Positions 28,920-39,017 of a DNA stretch of 64,000 bases are shown here, in pieces. The notes beneath the pieces were generated by a model, which ran no database searches, was not told the DNA's origin, and was given only the letters and a program-made list of their open reading frames with translations. The number at the start of each line of letters is the position of its first letter. The first letter of the stretch is position 1. This DNA comes from a virus (taxonomy: Duplodnaviria > Heunggongvirae > Uroviricota > Caudoviricetes): IMG/VR virus record IMGVR_UViG_2799112923_000001. One strand, given 5' to 3'. The position numbers and the translations under genes were made by a program.

Positions 28920-29558
28920 ATGAATACAAATTCAACAAAATCCGCCTCTAAGGCACCAATGAGCAACCGTGAAATTCTCGGTATGAAGCTAAAGAACATT
29001 GTTTCTACTAACAAGCAGTCCATTGAAAAGGTTGGCGACAACGCCTGGCGTTTCAAGGACATTGAGGTAGATAACAAGGTAAATGATTATCTTGTTCGTT
29101 TGGAAGCCAAGACTGGTAAGTCAGGCAAGACATTCAAGAAGCGTAATCTTTATCGTATCGTTGATGGTGCGGAACAGAAGGTTGAATTGGGTGAATTTAA
29201 GAAGGAATATCTTTATAAGATTGTTTCCGGTTTGACTAGCACCGCAGTTCCTCGTGAAAAGCTCGCAAAGTGGGATGCTGATTCCGGTCATAAGATTTGT
29301 GAATACATCAAGACCCACCAGGACGAATTTAAGACTGTTGATGGTGTAACCACAGGTAAGATTCCCGAAATTGGTGAAATCAAGTACATTGCTGGTCATC
29401 TCAAGGCTATGAAGAATGGACACAAGCGTTTGTTTGGTCGCAAGCTCTATGTGAATGGCGAAATCCACTCCGAAGGTGGTAGTTTGCATCGCATTGACCG
29501 TGCTATCAACGCAAAGAAGCGTGGTCGCAAGCCTGCCGTCAAGACTGAAAGTAAGTAA
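28920..29558 (+). CDS. Basic hypothetical protein, possibly nucleic-acid binding
   Basis: GGAG SD; Lys/Arg-rich; KKRGRKP tail. Confidence 0.8.
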   Translation: MNTNSTKSASKAPMSNREILGMKLKNIVSTNKQSIEKVGDNAWRFKDIEVDNKVNDYLVRLEAKTGKSGKTFKKRNLYRIVDGAEQKVELGEFKKEYLYKIVSGLTSTAVPREKLAKWDADSGHKICEYIKTHQDEFKTVDGVTTGKIPEIGEIKYIAGHLKAMKNGHKRLFGRKLYVNGEIHSEGGSLHRIDRAINAKKRGRKPAVKTESK

Positions 29559-29638
29559 TTACAGAGCCGCTAACCCCGGTTGGGTTAAAGGGTAGTAGAA
29601 AAACACTACTACCCTTTTTTTCTTTCAAAGGATTTAAT

Positions 29639-30094
29639 ATGATTGTAGAATATAATGGTGATAAGTTCCAAGTAATGTTCTTTCATAAGAATAAAGAATG
29701 TAAGTGTGAAATTTGGTTAATGAGTAATCTTCCAACCAATGAATTAGAATATGTGCATCAAAAGTCTAAAATTCGTGGTTGTGAATCAAAGAAACACCCA
29801 GATACCATTTCTAAATTGTTATTAGCAAAGACAGTAGCCAAGTGTGCTGATGAAGATAATTACATTTATGCGTATGGTCGTGCATTATCCTTGAAACGAG
29901 CCTTACGAGTACTTATTGATGAATCTTACAATACTACCAGTGTGGAACATGTAGACCGAATTATCCAGTTCAATAATGAAATGTTCAAGAAATTCATGCA
30001 TGAATTGAAGGTACAATGCCCACACGGGGTAGAAGCCGCAGAGAAGTTACAGTCTGTTAAGGGCTATAATTTAAACGAAGATAATATGTGTTAG
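29639..30094 (+). CDS. Hypothetical phage protein
   Basis: AKCADEDNY...GRALSLKRAL. Confidence 0.75.
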   Translation: MIVEYNGDKFQVMFFHKNKECKCEIWLMSNLPTNELEYVHQKSKIRGCESKKHPDTISKLLLAKTVAKCADEDNYIYAYGRALSLKRALRVLIDESYNTTSVEHVDRIIQFNNEMFKKFMHELKVQCPHGVEAAEKLQSVKGYNLNEDNMC

Positions 30095-30234
30095 ACATTC
30101 CCACACGGGAATCTCCGTCATGAACCGGTGCTGCAGATGTGCTGCTCGCCGGTTCTTTTTATGTAAACATTATTTTACACAGTTTTGGGCTAAAACCCAT
30201 TGACAAACCATAATGAATATACTATATTTGTTTA

Positions 30235-30860
30235 TGTGATTGAGAGAATTGGTGGTTCGCTCTTAAAATCAACCAACAACGAAACCACATCACTTAAGGA
30301 GATTAGTATGAAGGAAGATAGTCCGCCGCTCAATTAATTATGGTCATTAGTTTCCGGGTCGCAATAGGATGCGGGACCAAACGCCGGGCGGAAACGAGTG
30401 GGATAGCAACCCTACCATAGTACACAAAGATACACGAGTTTGGCACGGTGCCCTTCGCAAAGGCACCACTGGAGTTCTTTGGTCTATCTTAACATGGATT
30501 AGGATATACCACAGAACTTGAGAATGATTGCGTGTCTGATCGTTCAAGTATAGGACTCCGCAGTGAGCGGCAATATCTGGGGTAGAGCCAGACAAGACTA
30601 AAACGCAAACATTCAAGGGATTACATAGCAGTGGACGCACCAATATGATAATCCCAGCGCTCTTGAATCTCGTAGCATAACTCTAGTGCAGCAGAATACC
30701 AAGCTGACGATGGTGGTGAGAATCCCCCGAGATTTATCTTTGAATCGCATAGCCGGTAGCCCGGTGTGGAATGTTGGAAATCCACGATAAACCAACAAAA
30801 ATTTTTGATTGTTGTTACCTCCTTAACCGCTCCCTGAGATTACATCAACGGGAGCATTTT
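30235..30860 (+). ncRNA. Candidate ~600 nt ncRNA transcription unit
   Basis: Own promoter (TTGACA 30200, TATATT 30223) and terminator (30829-30860); raised GC, hairpins, no long + strand ORF. Confidence 0.6.
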
Positions 30861-30959
30861 TGTATATTAAATTTTACATAAAAATACTCAGTTTACTATT
30901 GACAAATAACGCAGTTTAAACTATATTTGTATATGTAAAACAAAACAAGAGGTAACACT

Positions 30960-31421
30960 ATGATTAACAACACCGCTCTCTACAATCTCGCCAACTATGA
31001 AACCATCCATGCTGAATGGGATAAAGATGTTAAAGAATGCCGAGACCTTTGTATAGAAAAGACTTGCCCCGTTCTTTATAAACTTCTTGAAGCAGTATAT
31101 AATAAGAATGGTGGTGCCGACTATCATGATTACGATATGTGGGACTCCGAATTTGACCGAGTTCATCGTGAAAACTGGGTAACTCCCGTTATCCAGCTCA
31201 ACAATGAAATGTTTAGCAAGAGCCATAACCCGAAGGTGAATCACCTTGTGGAAGCAGGTTTGAATGGACTTCGTGGTTATCTCACTATTCCGCCTGAAGA
31301 TGACCAGGACCGCTATGAAATTCTTGAATACATTGAACGCATGCAGCCTATTATGGAAAACTATAAGGTTGCTATGAATGATTTGAAGAAGCGAATGGAA
31401 ACTGCTTTGAAGAACATTTAA
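30960..31421 (+). CDS. Hypothetical early protein
   Basis: Promoter at ~30899; AGAGGT SD. Confidence 0.8.
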   Translation: MINNTALYNLANYETIHAEWDKDVKECRDLCIEKTCPVLYKLLEAVYNKNGGADYHDYDMWDSEFDRVHRENWVTPVIQLNNEMFSKSHNPKVNHLVEAGLNGLRGYLTIPPEDDQDRYEILEYIERMQPIMENYKVAMNDLKKRMETALKNI

Positions 31422-31432
31422 GGGAGAACAAA

Positions 31433-31879
31433 ATGAATAAACTTCAATTACTAATTAAAGCATATAACAATAACATTAAGTATATGCGTGAACTATGGAT
31501 TAACTTTTTAAATGCCTCAACAGGCATGGAATTTATTGATAAGTCAACTCTGTATCGTGATTTGGTTGAAGGTAGAGCCGCAGATAATCTTTGGTTTATG
31601 ATGTCTAATGAATATGATAAGGTTCGTGAAGAATGGAAAAAAGAATGGTGGAAACTGTATAATTCTTGTTGTTCCTACAAGGCACCCGATGAAGTATATA
31701 AGATACCTATAAATTTCGTTGGTAAGAATACAGAAGAAGAACAGATTGAGTTCTTTATCAAAACAATAGAATTCTTTGAACGATGGATTAACAAACTTAA
31801 AGAATTGACTACTCAACATTCTATTATTGTAAAATCTACATTACATACTTTAGATATGGCACTATTGACAAAAGGTTAA
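31433..31879 (+). CDS. Hypothetical protein
   Basis: GGGAG SD. Confidence 0.75.
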   Translation: MNKLQLLIKAYNNNIKYMRELWINFLNASTGMEFIDKSTLYRDLVEGRAADNLWFMMSNEYDKVREEWKKEWWKLYNSCCSYKAPDEVYKIPINFVGKNTEEEQIEFFIKTIEFFERWINKLKELTTQHSIIVKSTLHTLDMALLTKG

Positions 31880-31915
31880 ACATTAACTATATTATTTCTA
31901 AAAAGAGGTTATTAT

Positions 31916-32374
31916 ATGACGATTTATTTTGATATGGATGGTGTTCTTTGTGATTTTGAACATCGTTGTGATGAACTTGATTGTTGGAAGCCTGACATTC
32001 ACAAGTGTAACTGGAAGAAAATGGAAGAAATCGGTAAATCTTTTTGGGCCGATATGAATCCTATCCAACATGGATTAGACCTTATTAATCAAGTGGCTAA
32101 ACTCGGTTATGATGTTGGTATCTTTTCTGCAGTTCATCTTGATTGTGGTAAGCAGGGTAAGAGAGAATGGTTGGCAAAGTATCTCCCCAATATCCCCAAG
32201 AAGAACATTATCATTGTAAGAAATGGTAATATGAAACATAAGTTTGCCGTTAAGGACTCTATTCTAGTAGATGATAAGCCCGAGAATGTAGCCAATTATA
32301 AGATGGTTGGTGAAAAAGCTGTGCTATTTACCAAAGATACGCAACTCAATGATATATTAGATGTTATTGGCTAA
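31916..32374 (+). CDS. HAD-family 5'(3')-deoxyribonucleotidase-like protein
   Basis: IYFDMDGVL, KREWL, LVDDK. Confidence 0.85.
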   Translation: MTIYFDMDGVLCDFEHRCDELDCWKPDIHKCNWKKMEEIGKSFWADMNPIQHGLDLINQVAKLGYDVGIFSAVHLDCGKQGKREWLAKYLPNIPKKNIIIVRNGNMKHKFAVKDSILVDDKPENVANYKMVGEKAVLFTKDTQLNDILDVIG

Positions 32375-32462
32375 GTACTTGGCAGTAATTGACGTACACT
32401 GCCCAGTCACCCATTAACTAATACATTCTCATTATCTAACCTTATATGCCCAGGAAATATAC

Positions 32463-32801
32463 ATGACTGCTAAAGAAACGTATCAATATCTTATACAGAA
32501 ATACGATTTAAAAGAATTTGATGCATTAGGTATAGCTGTACCTAAATCTAATCAAATTCAATTCTCAGGCTATCTTATTTCCTTTGATAATGATGAAAAT
32601 AATATCAAAGTAGCACAAGATATTGATTACGAACAAGCTCATGTTTATTTCTGTTATTCTTATACCTATAAACCCGATGATATGAATATCATTGAAAAAC
32701 AAATTGATTATGTTATAGAACGAGTTAATCATAAAGAAAAACTCCTTAAACAACTTAGTAATGATAAACAAATAGAAGAATTAAATAAGGACTTCTCATG
32801 A
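32463..32801 (+). CDS. xxDF-tail family protein
   Basis: Ends LNKDFS. Confidence 0.75.
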   Translation: MTAKETYQYLIQKYDLKEFDALGIAVPKSNQIQFSGYLISFDNDENNIKVAQDIDYEQAHVYFCYSYTYKPDDMNIIEKQIDYVIERVNHKEKLLKQLSNDKQIEELNKDFS

Positions 32802-33136
32802 TAGAAAAGATTAAAGAACTATTACTTAAATATGATGCCGAATATGATGAACATTATGGTTATTATATCTTCCCTACTACCTATGAAACTAATGGAGCCT
32901 TACTCTGGTTCTATCAAGAACAAACAGTTCAAATAGCCGAAACCGTATATCAACAAGATTATTGTGTTATTTCCTATGCAGGTGTAACTTCTTATGACCT
33001 ATATCAAGATAATATCCTTGATATTATTAATAAACAATTAAATCTACTTCAAAAACAATTCTATGATTCTCTTAAAGAAATTAAGAATCATCAAATGAAA
33101 ACTAAAATAAAAGCCGCTAATTCCGATTTTAAATAA
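32798..33136 (+). CDS. xxDF-tail family protein
   Basis: Ends ANSDFK. Confidence 0.75.
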   Translation: MIEKIKELLLKYDAEYDEHYGYYIFPTTYETNGALLWFYQEQTVQIAETVYQQDYCVISYAGVTSYDLYQDNILDIINKQLNLLQKQFYDSLKEIKNHQMKTKIKAANSDFK

Positions 33137-33139
33137 CGA

Positions 33140-33690
33140 TTACCTCTCTATGGGACCTGGTCTTTGACTATGGTCCCTCTCTTTTTATAGTCCTCTTCAG
33201 TCATGCAGTTTAACACCCAAAAAACTGTATGTCAAGAATTCCAACATATATTATGGCTAGAAACATGTCAAAACTGGGACACCCAAAATAGCCCAAAAAT
33301 GACCCATTTTCGCCCATATTTGGTCGCAGGATTGTTTTAAATTTTTCCTAAAATTTGTATTAAGAGGCATATATGGGTATATGGCTATGGGTGGTAGCAC
33401 CCAAGCTCTATCAACTGTGGGCGGCGGCTCCTTCTCATAGTCAGTAAAAAAATAAGGACTTTTCCCAAAAAACCCAGTCTGCAGGGAATGGTCGGTCGGA
33501 ATCTCCACAGTTCTCTATTTTTCCTATATGGTATATCTCAAAAAAAATCTGCGCTTCTAAAAACACATATTTTCTGTGGGAAATGGTCAGTTGGAAATAT
33601 GGGATAAGTATATAAAAGTTTACATATATGGGCTAGAAAAAAATACAGCGCTGCAAAAATTTGGTATTTTTCTGTGGAAATAGTCAGTTA
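33140..33690. other. Non-coding region with degenerate direct repeats; candidate replication origin
   Basis: Three CTG-YRGRAAT-RGTCRGT-like repeats (~33479, ~33574, ~33672); C-rich to G-rich skew switch. Confidence 0.4.
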
Positions 33691-33783
33691 TGTAAACAAA
33701 CATTTACATATAATTTACAGTTCTATATTGACAAAATGGGTAAAAATTACTATATTAATAGTATAAAAATAAGAGAGGTAACA

Positions 33784-34449
33784 ATGGCTACTAGAACATA
33801 TCACGAAACAGAATACACCAACACGATTGATGAAGTTAAGAAACATTTTAAGAAGGTATGTAAGAAAGAAGGATGGTTGGTATCATTCTTTGTTTGGAGT
33901 AAGGGTGAGATTGATTTCAAAGATACTATGATGGATGTTGATATTGTAACTGATATTAAAGACCAAAATGGTAGATATATTGGAGTTAGTTTCTGTTATC
34001 AGCCGAATGGTAGTAAATCCTATTTTAAATTCCATGACGAAATGAAGAAAGGTTTATGTAATTATGGAAACGAATTTAGTTTTACATTGGGTAAGAAGTT
34101 CAACATGATGGATGAAAATGTTGGAACGATTCTTCGTGAATACATTGAAAAGCGAGTTGGTCAGGTTGAATTGAAGATTAAGCAGCGGAAGATTGACAAT
34201 GAATTGAATAAGATTGATAATGGAGATTTCATTGGTAAACTGGAAGAATTTGGTGAAGTTTGGATTGATGATAAGAAGATTAACAATTACAGTGTTGCGA
34301 ATTGCGATATTGAAAAGGTGAAAGATATTTGGAAGGTTCGCATTTGTGGTTTGGGTTATGCGTATTACAAATGTAAAGATTTGGATGAAGTTTATGGTTT
34401 GATTAAATGGTATAAGAGTATGCCGGTTAAGATGTGTGGTAAGTTCTAA
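33784..34449 (+). CDS. Hypothetical early protein (internal IDNGDF)
   Basis: Promoter TTGACA 33728; GAGAGGT SD. Confidence 0.8.
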   Translation: MATRTYHETEYTNTIDEVKKHFKKVCKKEGWLVSFFVWSKGEIDFKDTMMDVDIVTDIKDQNGRYIGVSFCYQPNGSKSYFKFHDEMKKGLCNYGNEFSFTLGKKFNMMDENVGTILREYIEKRVGQVELKIKQRKIDNELNKIDNGDFIGKLEEFGEVWIDDKKINNYSVANCDIEKVKDIWKVRICGLGYAYYKCKDLDEVYGLIKWYKSMPVKMCGKF

Positions 34450-34907
34450 TGGGAAAAGTTTATAAGAAACAATTTAAACGATTTATGTTGGCACTAAACA
34501 AGGTGTTAGCAGGAGAGAACGCATATCACCGGGTTAGTAAAGATTGTAATGAATATGAAAGTTATACGTTCCGGTATTATTGGGAAGAAAACCACGAATG
34601 GGATGGTGGGCATTTTAACCAGGTTGAATATAAATGTTGGTATGATGCGGATAGGGGAACATTAAATATTCAGTATGAATTTTGGTGGAAGGTCAAATGG
34701 AAAGAATTTATATTTTACAGAGAAATTCCAGTAAATTATATTCTGTTTGACGAAAAGAAGTTTTTGAATATGATATTTCCGTTTACTAACAGAACTGATT
34801 ATCCTAATCAAATGGAAACTGAATTTGATTTCCAGTTGGATTCTTGGATTAAGAAGCAGGTAATGGAACAGGAAATGATGAATTCTATTGATAAGGATTT
34901 TAACTAA
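34449..34907 (+). CDS. xxDF-tail family protein
   Basis: Ends IDKDFN. Confidence 0.75.
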   Translation: MGKVYKKQFKRFMLALNKVLAGENAYHRVSKDCNEYESYTFRYYWEENHEWDGGHFNQVEYKCWYDADRGTLNIQYEFWWKVKWKEFIFYREIPVNYILFDEKKFLNMIFPFTNRTDYPNQMETEFDFQLDSWIKKQVMEQEMMNSIDKDFN

Positions 34908-35068
34908 TGATTAGAACTGTGTTTATTGTGCCACAAGAAGGTGAAACAGTAGAACAAGCATTTGACAGACAGTACCCATATAACAAAGAAAAGAATAATT
35001 TTGGTGATATGTTTGGTGCGGTTTATGTTGTAGAATGTAGATGGATTAAATCAAATGAAACACGATGA
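34907..35068 (+). CDS. Small hypothetical protein (53 aa)
   Basis: Coupled to the upstream stop; fills the gap. Confidence 0.55.
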   Translation: MIRTVFIVPQEGETVEQAFDRQYPYNKEKNNFGDMFGAVYVVECRWIKSNETR

Positions 35069-35903
35069 ATTAGTACATTTGTTAGAAACCAAATATGGTT
35101 TGAAAACTCACCTTCTCACAAGGGAAGATGGTAGTTGCGAATTTAATTTTGAAAGAAAATATATTGCTAAGGCTCATTGTAGTTTTGCTAGATTTTATAG
35201 AAAAATAGACAACAGCCCAGTATGGGAATTTCATTGTGAAGTATGTAGAAATACTAATCCAGATGCGATTGAAGCCAGTGTTACTATTGGTTATTTAAAA
35301 TGGAGTTGGGATGAAATAGATGGCGAGATTGATATTACAGAAGAAGATATAGATTTACGCTGGGAACTGTTGAATAAAAGTTATGACGAATTTTTAGATA
35401 GAATTTCTAAATTGACCCATATCGGTCAATTTGAAGTGACCCATAAAGAAAAACAGAAAATTTATTCAGCAATTAAGTTGTATGATTATATGGTAGAAAA
35501 TCCTGACAATGTAATCGCAAAGAAATATATCAAAGATTTATTGGTTAATCACCCAATGGAAGATGCGGTTTATATTTACACTTATGTTATTGAACCATTG
35601 AGAACAAAATTTTGTTCAACCACATTTATGAGAACCATTATTCTTGCCGGCGATGTAGAAGATATTCATGCTGAAGGTATGAAAATGAAGAAACTATTTA
35701 CAAACATTATACAATGGTCGGTAGATTATGCAGGTTATGTTATGATAAATGGTGAAAAATTTGAATGTGATTATCAGCCGAAAGAAGTTAAAGAGTACAT
35801 TCTTAAACATTCAAATGAATTTGAAGAACCAGATTACAATAAGATAATGAAAGAATATCAACAGAAACTAATGTTAAACCAAATAGAAAAGGAGTTTGAA
35901 TAA
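35055..35903 (+). CDS. xxDF-tail family protein (EF variant)
   Basis: Ends IEKEFE. Confidence 0.8.
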   Translation: MKHDELVHLLETKYGLKTHLLTREDGSCEFNFERKYIAKAHCSFARFYRKIDNSPVWEFHCEVCRNTNPDAIEASVTIGYLKWSWDEIDGEIDITEEDIDLRWELLNKSYDEFLDRISKLTHIGQFEVTHKEKQKIYSAIKLYDYMVENPDNVIAKKYIKDLLVNHPMEDAVYIYTYVIEPLRTKFCSTTFMRTIILAGDVEDIHAEGMKMKKLFTNIIQWSVDYAGYVMINGEKFECDYQPKEVKEYILKHSNEFEEPDYNKIMKEYQQKLMLNQIEKEFE

Positions 35904-36259
35904 TGGAATACATCAAATGCGAAAAAATGTTTAGACGCAGTCATACCGGTGTACGAACATACTGGAGTTTGGTATGTGAAGCTCTCTATCGTTTCGGAGA
36001 TATGACGAAAAACGAAGTAATTGAAAAGATTGGTTATTGTAGCAGTCAGTCTCAGGTGTGGTCAAGTTTGAAACATTATAGTTTGGTTGAACGAGTTCCG
36101 GGAACGTGGAAACTCCGTTTGACTGTTTATGGTAAAAGACATTTTAAGAATTTGGCTGAATCCGAAGGGATTGATATTGAACACAAACTAGAAGGTGAAG
36201 CCTGGCGAAAGCTCTGTATGAACCAAATGGAAATACATGAAATGAAGAAGGATTTTTAG
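35903..36259 (+). CDS. xxDF-tail family protein with a winged-helix-like N-terminus
   Basis: GDMTKNEVIEKIG...LVER...LRLTVYG; ends MKKDF. Confidence 0.75.
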   Translation: MEYIKCEKMFRRSHTGVRTYWSLVCEALYRFGDMTKNEVIEKIGYCSSQSQVWSSLKHYSLVERVPGTWKLRLTVYGKRHFKNLAESEGIDIEHKLEGEAWRKLCMNQMEIHEMKKDF

Positions 36260-36582
36260 TGAAATTTCGTGATACAAATGATGTTGTGGATTTTTTGAAA
36301 AAGACTTATCCACAACTAACAACAGATGGTGCAAATTTTTTCTATAATAATATCCTGGTATGTAATAAAGGGATTTATAAAGTTACATTTTATACACCGA
36401 TAATTGGACCTGCCTATCGTGGGATTACATATACGATGGGTAAGGAAGTTTCAATGCCTGTTAGTGAAGAATTTATACGAAAGAAGATAAACAAATTCAT
36501 GAGCAGTTATGTGTATTGTGAAAGAATGTTAAAACTCCAATTACAGAATAAACTCTTAAAAGAATTAAAGGAAGATTTCTAA
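36259..36582 (+). CDS. xxDF-tail family protein
   Basis: Ends LKEDF. Confidence 0.75.
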   Translation: MKFRDTNDVVDFLKKTYPQLTTDGANFFYNNILVCNKGIYKVTFYTPIIGPAYRGITYTMGKEVSMPVSEEFIRKKINKFMSSYVYCERMLKLQLQNKLLKELKEDF

Positions 36583-36914
36583 TGAAGCCTCTTGTAAAAG
36601 ATAATGATATAACAGAAGTCTTGAAATATGTTTGCAGTCTTACTGGATTGTATTATCAGGAAGAAACAAACGATTATTATGAACGTGCATATTACGATTA
36701 CACACCACCGACTACACGAATTGCTATTGTGAATGATGGTACACCCCAGTTAAAAGTCAACTTTAAATTGGGTAATGAAGATTTGGTTTACAAATATGAC
36801 TGTTCGGATTGGTCTGTTAATGAACTTGTTGCTCAGATTGGTGCATATCAAAAACAAGTTAAAGCCTATTATGAAGATATTGAATTGAATAAAATAAAAG
36901 AAGATTTCAAATGA
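36582..36914 (+). CDS. xxDF-tail family protein
   Basis: Ends IKEDFK. Confidence 0.75.
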   Translation: MKPLVKDNDITEVLKYVCSLTGLYYQEETNDYYERAYYDYTPPTTRIAIVNDGTPQLKVNFKLGNEDLVYKYDCSDWSVNELVAQIGAYQKQVKAYYEDIELNKIKEDFK

Positions 36915-37234
36915 CTTTTGCTGAAATGAACAAATTAGCACATGAACTCGGTTGTAGGGTTATGACCCACATGGATGATAAAGGGAATTTCTTATTCAGG
37001 ATTTGTTATGACAGTATCTGTTGTGTATCAGACCACAATTTTTTGATTTATAAATTTGTTGGTAAAACAATAACATATACTTCTAACATTCTTGTAAAAG
37101 AAAAGGAACCTTATTCTTTGGATTATACAATTACAGAACACGATTTTAGATTGGCTGTTACTTCGTTAATCATAGCAACAAAAGAATATCAAGAATATGT
37201 TAAACTGAAACAGGCTAACGAGGATTTTGAATGA
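36911..37234 (+). CDS. xxDF-tail family protein
   Basis: Ends ANEDFE. Confidence 0.75.
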   Translation: MTFAEMNKLAHELGCRVMTHMDDKGNFLFRICYDSICCVSDHNFLIYKFVGKTITYTSNILVKEKEPYSLDYTITEHDFRLAVTSLIIATKEYQEYVKLKQANEDFE

Positions 37235-37581
37235 TTAAAATGGATGGAAGTGATTTTATCACAGTAGGCGAACAATATGGATTAAAACCATATTGGGAAG
37301 ATGATTGTTGGTATTTGTTATTAGAAGATGGAAAACATTATATCGCATATTGTGTTGAAGATGATGATAAGAAAATAAAAACTTTCGTTTGTGCGAAAGA
37401 TTTTAAGTACATTAAAGATATAGATACAGTTATCGCCAACAACATTGAAATTATTAAAGACGATGACGAATTTTTAGCCAGTTTAAAGAAAGCATTAGCC
37501 TTATATAAAAAGGCTATATTACAGCATAAGATAGATTTAAACAATAAAGAACTGGAAAAGATTAAGAAGGATTTCCAATGA
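37231..37581 (+). CDS. xxDF-tail family protein
   Basis: Ends IKKDFQ. Confidence 0.75.
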   Translation: MIKMDGSDFITVGEQYGLKPYWEDDCWYLLLEDGKHYIAYCVEDDDKKIKTFVCAKDFKYIKDIDTVIANNIEIIKDDDEFLASLKKALALYKKAILQHKIDLNNKELEKIKKDFQ

Positions 37582-37898
37582 AAACAGAGGACATTATAAA
37601 AATTGCGAAAATGCACGGTTGTGATATTGAGGGTTATGGCTATCAAAACGCATTTTACAAAATGACTTTCAATAATCGTATTCTTGCTTCAGTTTCAGTT
37701 TCAAGTCATGTTTATTTTTATGATTGGAGATATTACGATAATGATTTGATAAATAGTGCTTCAATTAGACTGATTAAATCTGGTGAAATTGAGATTACAG
37801 AAGCAGAACTGAACAAATGGTTTAATTATAATATTAAAGTATTAAAAGCCGAAAGGTCATTTAACCAGATAAAAGAAATACAAAAAGATTTCACATAG
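37578..37898 (+). CDS. xxDF-tail family protein
   Basis: Ends IQKDFT. Confidence 0.75.
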   Translation: MKTEDIIKIAKMHGCDIEGYGYQNAFYKMTFNNRILASVSVSSHVYFYDWRYYDNDLINSASIRLIKSGEIEITEAELNKWFNYNIKVLKAERSFNQIKEIQKDFT

Positions 37899-37935
37899 AA
37901 TTGCGAACCAACCTTAAAAAATCTATATTAGATTT

Positions 37936-38274
37936 ATGAATTTGACCCATATTAAAGATATATGTAAGAAACACGATTTAATTGAAGATCAGTTTACAAA
38001 TTCAATTTTATTGTATATGAAGAAAGAGTACTGCCAAGATTGCCCTGGGCAGATACCAGATTCTAATTGTGAAATTTTTGATATACGAAAGAAAAATGAT
38101 GAATGGGAAGTTTGGAGTTTTTTAGATAAAATATCAAATGAAGGAACTAGAATTTATACTATGTGTTTTGGAGCAGAAATTGATATGGATGAAATTTGTG
38201 TAAAGATTGACAAACGAATTAAAGAACTTCGTGAGATAAACAATTTAAACAAAATAGAAAATGACTTTAAATGA
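37936..38274 (+). CDS. xxDF-tail family protein
   Basis: Ends IENDFK. Confidence 0.75.
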   Translation: MNLTHIKDICKKHDLIEDQFTNSILLYMKKEYCQDCPGQIPDSNCEIFDIRKKNDEWEVWSFLDKISNEGTRIYTMCFGAEIDMDEICVKIDKRIKELREINNLNKIENDFK

Positions 38275-38602
38275 GAAAGAATTTATAGCATTGGGTGAAA
38301 AATATGGATTAAAAATCCATTCCAAAGCTCATTTAAATAAAAGTCTTTATTATTGGTATGATTTCCCAGGTGAATGTAATGGTGAATTCTTTTTTATTGA
38401 ATATGAAGTTCAAAATGGTATGGTAATGTATGCCGAATCTTTCAGTTGGAATCCATACGCAAAGAGAATAATTGGGTCTAAACTAAAAGAAAACCCAATG
38501 ACAGTAGAAGAACTTGAAAAAGTTATAGTTAAATCTATTAAACTATACAAAGAAAAAGTAGCCAAATATGAACTGAGAAAGGTTAAAAAAGATTTTGCTT
38601 AA
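38261..38602 (+). CDS. xxDF-tail family protein
   Basis: Ends VKKDFA. Confidence 0.75.
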   Translation: MTLNEKEFIALGEKYGLKIHSKAHLNKSLYYWYDFPGECNGEFFFIEYEVQNGMVMYAESFSWNPYAKRIIGSKLKENPMTVEELEKVIVKSIKLYKEKVAKYELRKVKKDFA

Positions 38603-39017
38603 ATTAGAACAAATACATCATATATTGGTGGATGAATATGGCCTGATGTATCAAAAGAGCGAATACTCAGACCAGCATTTGTATTATATTGATTCACGAA
38701 TTTTTGCGGAAAATCAAAAAGAACAGTTAGAAACTGAACGAGGTAATTTTCTAGTGTTCCAAGGATTTAATTCTAAAACTCCAAAGAAAGATTCATTTAT
38801 CCTAATCTTTAATGTGTTAGCCGAAGAACTTGGAAAATACTATTTGGATTGTTGGGGTGGAACATTTGATAATTGTGAAACGAATAGTGAAGGTCAAAAC
38901 TGGATTGATGTTTTGACTGAAAACGAATTACGAAAAATGGTTGCTAATACTATACACTCAGTTAAAATGGTAGAAAACGAAAATGAACTTAAAAAAATTG
39001 AATCTGACTTTGGATAA
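38595..39017 (+). CDS. xxDF-tail family protein
   Basis: Ends IESDFG. Confidence 0.75.
   Translation: MLKLEQIHHILVDEYGLMYQKSEYSDQHLYYIDSRIFAENQKEQLETERGNFLVFQGFNSKTPKKDSFILIFNVLAEELGKYYLDCWGGTFDNCETNSEGQNWIDVLTENELRKMVANTIHSVKMVENENELKKIESDFG

Noticed and set aside
30308-30780. RNase P RNA (GGAAGATAGTCCG resembles GAGGAAAGTCC)
   Set aside because: The 5' match is imperfect and the 3' P4 partner is absent
35903-37898. Stop-codon reassignment (amber recoding)
   Set aside because: TAG ends genes exactly after the DF tail (36259, 37898), core genes are intact in code 11, and no suppressor tRNA is seen
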